Sequence record: MG050172
DNA: 45,814 nt
DNA from: Escherichia phage DTL
Strand: one strand, 5' to 3'
Position numbers and translations under genes: made by a program. Shown piece by piece: positions 27,867-37,767 of the stretch. The notes beneath the pieces are model-generated. The model made no database searches. It worked only from the letters and a program-made list of their open reading frames with translations, and was not told where the DNA came from. Within the stretch, counting starts at the first letter, position 1, and each line of letters starts with the position of its first letter.

Positions 27867-28364
27867 TTGGAGACAAAAATGAACTGGAATGAAATTTTCG
27901 AATACAGAGATGGCAAGATCTATTGGAAAGTTAGCCCTGGCAGGAGGGCTAAGGTTGGTTCGGAAGCTGGATCAAATCAAATAAAAGGGTATAGATTTGT
28001 GAAATTTCACGGAGTTTTATATATGACACACATGGTTATTTGGGAGATGCATAACTGTGAAATACCGCATGGAATGGAGGTTGACCATTTAAATCACATT
28101 AGGGACGATAACAGGATAGAGAATTTAAGAGTTGTTACAAAGTCAATTAATCAGAGGAATGCATCTAAAAGAATTGATAATAAAAGCGGTTTTACAGGCG
28201 TTTCTTGGTATCCCAAATATTCAAAGTGGAATGCTTACGCGACAGTAAATTCCAAGAGGTTTAATCTTGGTTACTTTGAATCAAAGCAAGATGCCTGTGT
28301 GGCTGTTAAAAAATTTAGGTCCATAAATTATTTTCATAAAAACCATGGAGTTGATTTATGTTAA
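27867..28364 (+). CDS. HNH homing endonuclease
   Basis: Motif HMVIWEMHNCEIPHGMEVDHLNHIRDDNRIENLR; inserted between L-like and K-like tail genes. Confidence 0.8.
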   Translation: METKMNWNEIFEYRDGKIYWKVSPGRRAKVGSEAGSNQIKGYRFVKFHGVLYMTHMVIWEMHNCEIPHGMEVDHLNHIRDDNRIENLRVVTKSINQRNASKRIDNKSGFTGVSWYPKYSKWNAYATVNSKRFNLGYFESKQDACVAVKKFRSINYFHKNHGVDLC

Positions 28365-29116
28365 CAAAAAGATGCAAATTAGAAATCTTCCAGCACGCAA
28401 AAGAAGTTTACCCGCAAGAATGCTGTGGTGTTGTCACGCAGAAGGGTCGGGCGCAGAAGTACCACAGAATCACCAACGCCAGCAAAGACCCTGAAAATGA
28501 GTTTATCCTTGATTCAAGTGAGTATGCAGATGCTCTCCTTGAGTTGGCTCACAATGAATCTATTGTTTACGTAGTCCACTCTCACACGGGTGATGGTGCT
28601 ACAACAAGGCCTAGCCCGGCGGATATCTGTAGCTGCAATGAGTGCGAGATTCCTTATGTTATCGTAAGTATCCCAGAGGGAGATATGCGTATTCTTGAAC
28701 CATCAACCATGCCGCTGATTGGTCGCCCGTGGGGGTTGGGTAGCTTTGATTGCTGGGAGCTGGTTATGTCGTTTCACAAGAAATACGGAGTCAAACTGAG
28801 TGACTACCGAGTTAATTACCCGTGGTGGGAGAAGCGGTACAATGAAAATATCTATGACGACAACTGGATTAATGAAGGATTTGAGCTGGTAAAAACTTCA
28901 GATATTCCGATTGGCTCAATGATTATGATGCAGGTGCAAAGTGATGTGACAAACCACGCTGGAATCTACATTGGCAATAACAGATTCATTCACCATCTAT
29001 ATGGTAAAATGAGTTCTGTTGATATCTACTCCAATTACTGGCGCGAGCGCACTGTGCGAATCGTTCGCCATAAGGATTTACCAGAGGATGTAATTTATGA
29101 CCCAGAAACTGATTGA
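28358..29116 (+). CDS. tail assembly protein (lambda K-like; JAB/MPN plus NlpC/P60-like)
   Basis: JAMM-like HSHTGDGATTRPSPAD and Cys/His C-terminal half. Confidence 0.7.
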   Translation: MLTKRCKLEIFQHAKEVYPQECCGVVTQKGRAQKYHRITNASKDPENEFILDSSEYADALLELAHNESIVYVVHSHTGDGATTRPSPADICSCNECEIPYVIVSIPEGDMRILEPSTMPLIGRPWGLGSFDCWELVMSFHKKYGVKLSDYRVNYPWWEKRYNENIYDDNWINEGFELVKTSDIPIGSMIMMQVQSDVTNHAGIYIGNNRFIHHLYGKMSSVDIYSNYWRERTVRIVRHKDLPEDVIYDPETD

Positions 29117-29669
29117 TATTAAGTTAGGCCTGTCTCTAGGTAGAAAGTTTGGCAAGATTCACCAGATGGCGGTGAATAGCGTTCCAGAGGCTATGCGAGC
29201 ACTATGCTCTCAGGTTCCTGCATTCAAGGAGTTCATGAATAGCCATGTAGGGCAAAACACCAGATATGCTGTGTTCGTTGACGGAAAAAATGTGAACGAG
29301 CATAGAATTTCTGATTTTAGCGCCGTTCAGGAGATACGCATCTTGCCAATCCCTCAGGGTCGTAAGTCTGGCGGGTTGTTTCAGACAATTCTAGGTGCTG
29401 CGCTTATAACGGTTGGTATCTTCACTGGCCAGATTTATCTTGTTGGTGCCGGCGTTTCCCTGGCTGCGGGTGGTATTGCTCAGTTACTTTCACCGCAAGC
29501 AACTGGATTAAAGACTCAGAACAACCAAACAAGTAACCGCGCATCATATGCATTCGGCTCCGCAGTAAACACGGTAGCGGCTGGCTATCCGGTATGCCTC
29601 CCTTATGGCTATCGAACGGTTGGCGGATCGGTATTTAGTGCCGGCAGTTACGCCGAAGACAATGCTTAA
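29097..29669 (+). CDS. tail assembly protein (lambda I-like)
   Basis: 190 aa with hydrophobic C-terminal region; overlaps K-like gene. Confidence 0.6.
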   Translation: MTQKLIDIKLGLSLGRKFGKIHQMAVNSVPEAMRALCSQVPAFKEFMNSHVGQNTRYAVFVDGKNVNEHRISDFSAVQEIRILPIPQGRKSGGLFQTILGAALITVGIFTGQIYLVGAGVSLAAGGIAQLLSPQATGLKTQNNQTSNRASYAFGSAVNTVAAGYPVCLPYGYRTVGGSVFSAGSYAEDNA

Positions 29670-29710
29670 ATATCATACCCGCCTAGTGCGGGTTTTTTAT
29701 TTAGTGTAGA

Positions 29711-32700
29711 ATGGCACAAATGATCAAAACAAACACGAGGCTTTGTGATATGTCTGAAGATATTAAGATTTATGGCGCTAAAGGTGGGAGCCAGAAGCAG
29801 CATCAACCAGTGGAGCAGGAAGATAACCTCATTTCACTAAACAAGGTTAAGGTATTGCTTGCTGTAGCTGACGGAGAGGTGGATTCAAACTTCTCAATGA
29901 AGGATTTATACCTTGCTGACGTTCCGGTACAAAACCAGGACGGTAGCTACAACTACGAAGGTGTTCGCGCCGAGTTTCGCGCTGGTACGCAGTATCAGGA
30001 CTATATCGCCGGGCTTGATGGCGCTAACTCAGAGATTCAGGCCTCAAGAGAAATAACTAACGATACCCCGTACATCATTGCGGTTAACAATACTCAGCTT
30101 TCAGCAATTCGAGTAAAGCTATACTGGCCTCGACTAGTTAAGCAAGAAAGTAACGGAGACCTGAACGGAACGACTTGCGAGTACGCAATTGACCTTTCTG
30201 TTAATGGTGGTGCTTACCAGGAATATACTCGCGGAGTTGCAAACGGGAAGACAACAACTGGTTACGACCGCAGCATTCGCGTGAACCTTCCGGCTGAATT
30301 TGATAGCGCACTGGTTCGAATCCGTAAGATTACGCCGGATTCGACGAGTAGCACGCTGGTTAATGGAATGCAGATTACAACCTATCAGGAAGTAATCGAT
30401 GCTAAATTCCGCTACCCGCTTACGGCTCTGGTTTACGTTGAGTTTGGTTCCGACTTGTTCCCTAACGGAATCCCGACAATCTCCATCAAGAAGAGATGGA
30501 AGTTGATTCAGGTCCCGACAAACTACAGACCTGAGACAAGGACTTACAGCGGGACATGGAATGGCCTGTTCAAGATGGCATGGTCAAACAACCCTGCATG
30601 GGTTCTCTATGACTTGGTGACAAACCGCCGATATGGTCTTGATCAGAGAGAGATTGGAGTAGAGATTGATAAATGGGGTCTTTACGAAGCTGCGCAATTC
30701 TGCGACCAGATGGTGCCGGATGGTAAGGGTGGTTTAGAGCCGCGTTATCTTTGCGATATGGTTGTACAGAATAAAGCTGAGGCATACACGCTAATTCGTG
30801 ATATCTGTTCAATATTCCGTGGCCTGACTTTCTATGATGGCGAAAAGATTGGTATCGTGGTTGATAATCCTCGCAACCCATCTTACATCTTCACCAATGA
30901 TAACGTTGTAAACGGATTGTTCAGCCGCACATTTGCCAGTGACAAGAGCCTTTACACTACTGCTAACGTTCAGTTTGATGATGTAGAGAACAACTATCAA
31001 CAGGATGTTGAGCCAGTTTTCGAGCTCGAGGCGACAAGGCGTTTTGGATTTAACCCTGTGGACCTAACTGCAATTGGATGTACTCGCAGAAGTGAAGCAA
31101 ACAGGCGCGGCAGATGGCTCCTGAAAACCAACCTGAGAAGCGAAACCATCAGCTTCACTACCGGGTTGGAAGGCATGATTCCGATGATTGGTGAGGTCAT
31201 TGCGGTCAATGATGCTGCATGGTCGAGCAACTATCAGTTAAACCTTTCCGGTCGTATTGAATCAGTTCAGGGATTGCAGGTTTTCACCCCGTTTAAAGTT
31301 GACGCAGCGCCTGGTGACAGAATTCTTCTGAACAAGCCTGACGGAAGCCCGGAGGCAAGAACTATCGCAAGCGTTTCGGAAGATGGAAGAACTATCAACC
31401 TTAACACTGCTTTCAGTTTTGTGGCTCAACCTGATACTGTTTTTGCAATCGATAAAGATAACCTTGCTCTTCAGCAGTATGTTGTGACCGGGATTCAAAA
31501 AGCAGATTCCGACGGCTCGGACTCATTCCAGTATACGATTACAGCAGTAGAGTATGACCCAAACAAGTATGACGAGATTGACTACGGCGTTAACATTGTT
31601 GATCGCCCGACTTCAATTGTTGAGCCTGACAGATTGTCGCCGCCTGAGAACTTAACAGTATCAAGCTACAGTAAGGTTGTTCAGGGCTTGTCAGTTGAGA
31701 CGATGGTTATCGGATGGGATAAGGCGCCATACGCTAAAACCTACAATGTTCAGTGGAGAAAAGAGAATGGCAACTGGATTAACGTACCAAGAACAGCAAG
31801 TACAGAGGTTGATATCGAAGGTATTTACGCAGGAATCTATGACGTTAGGGTTCGCAGCGTATCAGATACTGAAAACGTGTCTGCCTGGTCTGGCATTGTA
31901 ACCGTATCGCTAACTGGCAAGATTGGTCGCCCATCTGCACCTACGGTTATCACGGCGTCAACTGATGAAGTATTTGGTATCCGTGTTAAATGGGGGTTCC
32001 CTGAAGGCTCTGGCGATACTGCTTACACTGAGCTTCAGCAGGTTCCAGATAATGGTGATGGTACTTACAATCCTGATAATGCAAGTTTGCTTACGTTACT
32101 TCCGTATCCGGCCTATGAATACTGGCACACGCCAATTCAGCCAGGAAAGGTTATCTGGTATCGCGCAAGATTGATTGACAGAATAGGCAATACCTCTGAT
32201 TGGTCTAATTTCGCTAGAGGCATGAGCACTGATGATGCCAACATTATCAACGATTATATCAAGGTTGATATAGAGCAGTCTGAAGGCTTTAAATACCTAC
32301 AGCAGAATGCAATTGAGAAAAACCAGGACATTCAGAATCAGGCTGAGGCAATTATCGAGAACGCATTGGCAAATGATGGCGATGTTCGCAGAATGACAAA
32401 GGAGAATGGCAAGCGCAAGGCTGAATATGTTCAGGCAGTTAATCTTATAGCCGATGAGACTCAGGCACGCGTAGATGCTCTCACGCAGCTTAAGGCGCAG
32501 ATAGATGATGAGATCGTTGGTCAGATTACAACAATTGAAACAGCACTAGCTACAGAGACAGAGGCTAGAGCAACCGCCGACACGGCTTTGAGCGCAAGGG
32601 TTGGTAATAACGAGGCTGCTCTAAACCAGAAGCTTGATGCTTTCTCTAATGCCACGTCAACTGGTGTACAGTACGGTATTAGTCTTGGCCTGAAATACAA

Positions 32701-33136
32701 TGGGCAGACTTATTCATCCGGCATGAGCATGGAGCTTGTTGGCACTGGTGGTAATGTTCGTAGTCAGTTCATCTTTGACGCAAACAGATTCGCTATCAGT
32801 AACGGTATTGGTTCTGGTTCCGGTCAGTGGCAACTCCCCTTCGTTGTCGAGAACGGGAACGTAATCATCCAGAGCGCAGTAATCGGCGATGGCTCAATCA
32901 GCAACGCGAAGATTGGTAACTTTATTCAGTCCAATAACTACGTGGCAGGAACTACAGGTTGGAGGATTGATAAATCAGGAAGTGCAGAGTTAAGCAACGC
33001 AACTGTAAGGGGGAATCTTTACGCCAACAATGGTAACTTTGCTTTTAATGGAACCAACAACACGGTTCAGATTAACGGTAATGGAATCACGGTAAATCTA
33101 CCAAACGGCGGTCGCGTTGTTGTAGGTACGTTCTAA
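29711..33136 (+). CDS. tail tip host-specificity protein (lambda J-like)
   Basis: 1141 aa; blocks such as RIRKITPDSTSS, IQVPTNYRPETRTYSGTWNG and DKWGLYEAAQFCDQMVPDGKGG parallel lambda J as recalled from memory. Confidence 0.8.
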   Translation: MAQMIKTNTRLCDMSEDIKIYGAKGGSQKQHQPVEQEDNLISLNKVKVLLAVADGEVDSNFSMKDLYLADVPVQNQDGSYNYEGVRAEFRAGTQYQDYIAGLDGANSEIQASREITNDTPYIIAVNNTQLSAIRVKLYWPRLVKQESNGDLNGTTCEYAIDLSVNGGAYQEYTRGVANGKTTTGYDRSIRVNLPAEFDSALVRIRKITPDSTSSTLVNGMQITTYQEVIDAKFRYPLTALVYVEFGSDLFPNGIPTISIKKRWKLIQVPTNYRPETRTYSGTWNGLFKMAWSNNPAWVLYDLVTNRRYGLDQREIGVEIDKWGLYEAAQFCDQMVPDGKGGLEPRYLCDMVVQNKAEAYTLIRDICSIFRGLTFYDGEKIGIVVDNPRNPSYIFTNDNVVNGLFSRTFASDKSLYTTANVQFDDVENNYQQDVEPVFELEATRRFGFNPVDLTAIGCTRRSEANRRGRWLLKTNLRSETISFTTGLEGMIPMIGEVIAVNDAAWSSNYQLNLSGRIESVQGLQVFTPFKVDAAPGDRILLNKPDGSPEARTIASVSEDGRTINLNTAFSFVAQPDTVFAIDKDNLALQQYVVTGIQKADSDGSDSFQYTITAVEYDPNKYDEIDYGVNIVDRPTSIVEPDRLSPPENLTVSSYSKVVQGLSVETMVIGWDKAPYAKTYNVQWRKENGNWINVPRTASTEVDIEGIYAGIYDVRVRSVSDTENVSAWSGIVTVSLTGKIGRPSAPTVITASTDEVFGIRVKWGFPEGSGDTAYTELQQVPDNGDGTYNPDNASLLTLLPYPAYEYWHTPIQPGKVIWYRARLIDRIGNTSDWSNFARGMSTDDANIINDYIKVDIEQSEGFKYLQQNAIEKNQDIQNQAEAIIENALANDGDVRRMTKENGKRKAEYVQAVNLIADETQARVDALTQLKAQIDDEIVGQITTIETALATETEARATADTALSARVGNNEAALNQKLDAFSNATSTGVQYGISLGLKYNGQTYSSGMSMELVGTGGNVRSQFIFDANRFAISNGIGSGSGQWQLPFVVENGNVIIQSAVIGDGSISNAKIGNFIQSNNYVAGTTGWRIDKSGSAELSNATVRGNLYANNGNFAFNGTNNTVQINGNGITVNLPNGGRVVVGTF

Positions 33137-33142
33137 AATAAA

Positions 33143-33162
33143 AGCCCCTTTCGGGGCTTTAT
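33143..33162. terminator. bidirectional terminator between convergent genes
   Basis: A-run, AGCCCC-TTTC-GGGGCT, T-rich tail. Confidence 0.65.
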
Positions 33163-33167
33163 CTTTA

Positions 33168-34133
33168 TCAGTACATGTTTGGTATGTACGGCAACTGCAT
33201 TGATATGTTTGTATTGAATGGAAATTTAGCGCCAGTCTTTGTTGAGTAGTTTCCGATCACACTGCAAAACTCAGACCTGACAGAACCATTAGACATTACA
33301 ACCCCTTTATATCTAAGGTTGTTATAGCCACCAGTTACGCGAGTATAAGCTCCGGTCCTAAGTATGGGGAAGTATCCGTCACCTATTGACTGAAATGAGT
33401 TTGATATCTGAATGAATCCACCAAGCACAAAAGGCCTCTTGACAGTAGAGAATACAACCTGGCCGGCCGGGTTTGCTATTGTTATCCCCGGCCCGCCAAC
33501 CGGCGCAGTGTTGTTGAATATAACCAGGTCAACGACAACTGATGCCGACACGTTATCTATGCCGCCGTATGTGTTATTCCTGCAAAGAATCCTAGACCCA
33601 TCAAACTCGAGCGTAACGTTTGGATTACTCCACCTACCAAACGGGATTCCAGTTATTGGTAGTGTATAACTCCCATTCACCGTAACTCTACCAACAAACT
33701 GAGCTGTCATTAGCCTTGAGTTTGTCGTTATAGAGATAAAGTCAGTTGAGTTGGCAACAAGTATGCCTTGACCCGTGGACGCACCTGTTATTTCAAAGCA
33801 GTTTCCTGAGAAGTTTATCAGCCTTCCTTTAGCGCCGTTAAAGTTGCTAATATTTATTCTTCCTTGCGTATTTGATACCCGCTGGAATCCATTCATATAG
33901 TAAACCTCAGGTATAACATTGAAGTCTATAACATCAACAGCCTTTATTGGCAATGCGAATGCGGTTGATCCATCTGTTTGGCTAAGTGAAAATGTAAGAC
34001 CCCCAGACTGAGATGCAAAACTTTTAGTTGGAATAGATCCGGTCACATTAGGTGCTCTTAAGCCGGACGTTATCTGCATTGCTGGACTTCCATCATTCAG
34101 GTCTATTAGAATACCCTGTGGCATTATTTCCAC
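33168..34133 (-). CDS. hypothetical protein, possible receptor-binding protein
   Basis: 321 aa, Gly/Asn/Thr-rich; co-transcribed downstream of the Cor-like gene. Confidence 0.4.
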   Translation of the reverse strand: MEIMPQGILIDLNDGSPAMQITSGLRAPNVTGSIPTKSFASQSGGLTFSLSQTDGSTAFALPIKAVDVIDFNVIPEVYYMNGFQRVSNTQGRINISNFNGAKGRLINFSGNCFEITGASTGQGILVANSTDFISITTNSRLMTAQFVGRVTVNGSYTLPITGIPFGRWSNPNVTLEFDGSRILCRNNTYGGIDNVSASVVVDLVIFNNTAPVGGPGITIANPAGQVVFSTVKRPFVLGGFIQISNSFQSIGDGYFPILRTGAYTRVTGGYNNLRYKGVVMSNGSVRSEFCSVIGNYSTKTGAKFPFNTNISMQLPYIPNMY

Positions 34134-34366
34134 TCCTTAGAACCATGGTCTTTAATGGAGCCACCGTAACCGCCACCAGTGGCCTTAATTCCATCGTAGC
34201 GCACATCAACTTCGCCAGCTGGAACAACCACACCATTTTTCCATTTAGCCACGCATACGCCGCTTGCTTGCGTTGCACACCAACCATCAGGACGTGGACC
34301 TGATGAACAACCAACTGTCATTATTACTGCTGCTGAGATGATTACTGATTTGATGAAGTTAGTCAC
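34124..34366 (-). CDS. putative Cor-like superinfection-exclusion lipoprotein
   Basis: 80 aa, lipobox TVGCSS, GTG start, placed just beyond the J-like gene. Confidence 0.45.
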   Translation of the reverse strand: MTNFIKSVIISAAVIMTVGCSSGPRPDGWCATQASGVCVAKWKNGVVVPAGEVDVRYDGIKATGGGYGGSIKDHGSKEWK

Positions 34367-34399
34367 TTTGTACTCCTTAGTTAGTATGTTTCGTTTCGA

Positions 34400-34860
34400 T
34401 GGGATAACTATACAACCGTCAGTGAGGAATGTCTTTAGCTATTCGTGCTATTGTATACACGTAACCGATGTAACTGCGTGTATACCAGTGCCATCCGCGA
34501 GAAATCGTATACGCCTAGTTACGCCTAGTTACGCATTGGTTACACTAAAATATCTATATATATCAACCTTTTACTATTATTATTATTATTATATATATTA
34601 CTGTGTATATCATGTAACTACCTCTATAGGGTGTTGCGGTTATAAATTTCTAATATGTACATTTATACAGTATCTATCAACCAGCACACCAACGCACCCT
34701 CCGCGAGAAGCGGTATACACGATATACACGCTGGTTACGCTGAGCTATGGCTGGCTTGATATGCCAAAAAACGTAACTAGTGCCAACGCCTACACGTAAT
34801 TACAAAGATTCACGCGTAAGTTTGAATCAACGATTGGAGAAACCAATTGGACCCAAGCCA
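34400..34860. promoter_or_regulatory. divergent control region B: iteron-like TAGTTACGC repeats, (TA)n and (ATT)n tracts
   Basis: CCTAGTTACG x2 at ~34513..34537, (ATT)n at ~34574..34592, GAGCTATGGCTGGCT block; homologous to 7740..8170. Confidence 0.5.
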
Positions 34861-34913
34861 TGAACTCTCATATAGTTAACCCATCGAAAGCGAACAACCA
34901 GAGAGATAAAGAA

Positions 34914-35108
34914 ATGACCTACTACATTATCAAAGAGAAAAACAATGCGCTGTTCGGCGACTGCTACTTTGGCGGCCACTCTGGATACACCACAGATAAG
35001 AACGAGGCCGACAGATTCGAGACTAAAGAAGAAGCCCGAGATGTTCTGACCGGGTACTTCACTAAAGAAGATTTGAAATCTGTTAAGGTAGTTAAGGTTA
35101 AAATTTAA
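34914..35108 (+). CDS. hypothetical protein
   Basis: ATG 34914 preferred over track start 34860; preceded by CATCGAAAGCGAAC leader variant. Confidence 0.35.
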   Translation: MTYYIIKEKNNALFGDCYFGGHSGYTTDKNEADRFETKEEARDVLTGYFTKEDLKSVKVVKVKI

Positions 35109-35109
35109 A

Positions 35110-35583
35110 ATGGAATACAAACTCTACTTCAATTACGACAATGGAAAGTTGATATGGAAAGTCAAAAAGAAATCAGGAAATCCGGGCTCAGAGGCTGGTA
35201 GTGTGATGAGGGATGGTTACATCATGGTTGGTTTAAATAGAAAACTAATTCTTGCTCACAGAATAGTTTGGGAAATGCTTAAAGGCCCGATACCTGAAGG
35301 TATGGAGATTGATCATATTAATCATTGTAGGTCAGACAATAGGATAGAAAACTTAAGGATGGTGAGTAAGCCGATAAATCAAAGAAATAGATCGAGATCA
35401 AAAAATAACACAAGCGTATTCACGGGAGTTTGTTGGAGTAAGTCAGCTTCAAAGTTGGTCTCATCAATGAAAGTTAACGGGAAAAAAATTCATCTTGGAT
35501 CGTTCGATGAAATACAAGATGCAATAGCTGCAAGAAAGTCAGCAAACCAAAAGTATAAATTTCACAAAAATCATGGAGAATAA
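35110..35583 (+). CDS. HNH homing endonuclease
   Basis: Motif HRIVWEMLKGPIPEGMEIDHINHCRSDNRIENLR. Confidence 0.8.
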   Translation: MEYKLYFNYDNGKLIWKVKKKSGNPGSEAGSVMRDGYIMVGLNRKLILAHRIVWEMLKGPIPEGMEIDHINHCRSDNRIENLRMVSKPINQRNRSRSKNNTSVFTGVCWSKSASKLVSSMKVNGKKIHLGSFDEIQDAIAARKSANQKYKFHKNHGE

Positions 35584-36550
35584 AATGTTTAAGGTTTTTA
35601 CGCGAGAAGAGTTAAGCAACGAAGAGTATCACTCAGAGTCTGACCACATCTCCGGTAGCTCACTTGTCGAGATTATCCAGGGCTCGCCAGCTAAGTGGAA
35701 ATTCAAGCGGCGTAATAGCGACAGCAAGGCGCTAAAGTTTGGAACCCTAAGCCACACGATGATTCTGGAGCAGGATGTATTTGATAAAGAATACCTTCGC
35801 GAAACCGATCTTGATGCCATCGAAGGCTTAATTACAAGCCAGACCGGATTATCAGCAGCACTTAAAAAAGTTGGCGTAGCTGGCACGTCTGGGAAGGGGT
35901 ATAGCGAGCTCGTAGAGATGATGTATCGTTCAGGTGAGTATTGGGATGTTAAATGGCTAATTGAGCAGCAGGATAGTGCTCAGGCTATTGCGGAGGGCAA
36001 GGAGCTAGTTAGCGCAGCAGATTACGACAAGGTTGTCGCGATGCGCGAGGTTCTTTGTAATATTCCTGCGTATGATGCAATTGTGAACAGTGAGACTGCG
36101 CAGAAGGAGTTATCAATCTTCGGTGAGATTCTAGGTGTTGGCGTTAAGATTCGAATTGACCACGTAGATGTTATTGATGGGGTTGTATGCATTACCGACC
36201 TGAAGACGACAGCCAGCGCATCACCTCAGGAGTTTGGTAGACTTGCATTCAAGCATGGTTATCTTGCAAAAATGGCGCTACAGCACGATGTTTTTGTTAG
36301 GGCTTTTAATGAAAAAAGAAAAACAAAAGTAAGGCTACTTGCGATCGAGAAAGAGGAGCCTTACCTACCAATGCTTTACAGCATTACAGAAGAGCAACTG
36401 AAGGTTGGCCGCAGGATGTATTTAGAGGCGCTTGCCACTTACAAAAAGTGCAAAGAGAATGATGAGTGGCCAGGTTATGCAATGGGCGCAACAGAGATTG
36501 ATTTAGATGTTCCTGAGTGGGATATGAGGAAGTATAGAGATGAAATATAG
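35573..36550 (+). CDS. PD-(D/E)XK family exonuclease (RecE/YqaJ-like recombination nuclease)
   Basis: Motif ITDLKT (D-x-K core); sits upstream of the ERF and SSB genes. Confidence 0.55.
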   Translation: MENKMFKVFTREELSNEEYHSESDHISGSSLVEIIQGSPAKWKFKRRNSDSKALKFGTLSHTMILEQDVFDKEYLRETDLDAIEGLITSQTGLSAALKKVGVAGTSGKGYSELVEMMYRSGEYWDVKWLIEQQDSAQAIAEGKELVSAADYDKVVAMREVLCNIPAYDAIVNSETAQKELSIFGEILGVGVKIRIDHVDVIDGVVCITDLKTTASASPQEFGRLAFKHGYLAKMALQHDVFVRAFNEKRKTKVRLLAIEKEEPYLPMLYSITEEQLKVGRRMYLEALATYKKCKENDEWPGYAMGATEIDLDVPEWDMRKYRDEI

Positions 36551-36619
36551 CACTAATTGCTAAAGACAAAATTAACGAGTGGGGTATGATTGCCACATCA
36601 ACAACGAACGAGGTTAAAG

Positions 36620-37270
36620 ATGCAAATTTCAGAGTCATGCAAGTCAATTTTAAACGCGCTACACACTGCTAAATCGCTATTTGCGAAGGCTGAAAAGTCT
36701 AAGCAGAACTCACACCTAAAGAACAAGTACGCAACCCTTGAAGACGTTTTGGCTGCTGTTGAGCCAGGACTTGATGAGTGCGGGCTGGTAATGTTCCAGA
36801 GCGTACTTGATGATGAACAAACGAATCGAATGAAGGTTGAGACAAAGCTATTTCACGCAGAATCTGGAGAGTGGGTTAGCTTCTTAATGATTGTACCAAT
36901 CAGCAAGAATGACGCGCAAGGTTACGGCTCAGCTTTAACATACGCTCGTCGCTACGGAATCACGGCGGCATTAGGACTTAGCCAGGCAGATGATGATGGA
37001 AATCTTGCAGCGAAGGGTGTCAAGGATTTCAAACGAGAGCTAGAGAAATGCAATGCTCTTGATGAACTGCGTAACGTCTGGAAAGAAGCAAAGCAGTCAC
37101 TTGACGCTGCCGGATGGAAGGTTTTTGAGCCACACATCATCGAGCGCAAGGCAGAGATTGAGGCAAACGCAGCAACTGGCTTCAACCCGGCAACACCAAA
37201 GAAAGTTGCAGAAAAAAGTAGTGCTAATGAAAAGACTGAAGTAGAATCACAACAAATCGACACATTCTGA
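36620..37270 (+). CDS. ERF-family single-strand annealing protein
   Basis: Motif GSALTYARRYGI; internal ATG 36620 with RBS GAGG preferred over track start 36590. Confidence 0.6.
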   Translation: MQISESCKSILNALHTAKSLFAKAEKSKQNSHLKNKYATLEDVLAAVEPGLDECGLVMFQSVLDDEQTNRMKVETKLFHAESGEWVSFLMIVPISKNDAQGYGSALTYARRYGITAALGLSQADDDGNLAAKGVKDFKRELEKCNALDELRNVWKEAKQSLDAAGWKVFEPHIIERKAEIEANAATGFNPATPKKVAEKSSANEKTEVESQQIDTF

Positions 37271-37311
37271 ATTTAACGGGGCCTCGGCCCCAACAATAGA
37301 GACATATAAAA

Positions 37312-37734
37312 ATGCACGTAATTACTGGTCAGATTCGCCGCGCTCCATTCACTAAAGAAGGTCAAAACGCAAATGGTAACTGGAAAATGTTTGCGGTTGA
37401 CTTGAGTGAGAGATACAAGGATAAAGATGGGCAAACTCAGTACACTAACTATCGCGCTGTGCTTTTCGCTAAAGAGTCAATGCTAGATTGGTACAATGAA
37501 GCATTTCAAGAGGGTAAGGTTGTTAGCGTTAGCGCTGAAAGTCTGGCTGTTGATGTTCGTGATAAAGATGGTAAGACTTACGTAACGATTAACATGAATA
37601 ACCCTCGACTTGAGTTTAGTCAGCGTGGTGAAGGCGGTCAGCAACAACAGAAACCGCAGCAACAACAACAGCAGCAACAACAGCAGCGACAGCCGCAACA
37701 GCAAAACACATTCGACGGAGATATCCCATTCTGA
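37312..37734 (+). CDS. single-stranded DNA-binding protein (SSB)
   Basis: OB-fold-like N-terminus, Gln-rich linker, C-terminal DGDIPF tail. Confidence 0.8.
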   Translation: MHVITGQIRRAPFTKEGQNANGNWKMFAVDLSERYKDKDGQTQYTNYRAVLFAKESMLDWYNEAFQEGKVVSVSAESLAVDVRDKDGKTYVTINMNNPRLEFSQRGEGGQQQQKPQQQQQQQQQQRQPQQQNTFDGDIPF

Positions 37735-37741
37735 TAAAAAG

Positions 37742-37767
37742 ATAAAGCCCCTTTCGGGGCTTTTTTT
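37742..37767. terminator. bidirectional terminator
   Basis: A-run, AGCCCC-TTTC-GGGGCT, T7 run. Confidence 0.7.

Noticed and set aside
34338-34799. 153-aa track ORF with poly-Tyr run
   Set aside because: Lies across the (ATT)n/(TA)n microsatellite and iteron-like repeats of control region B; low-complexity translation, no RBS context.
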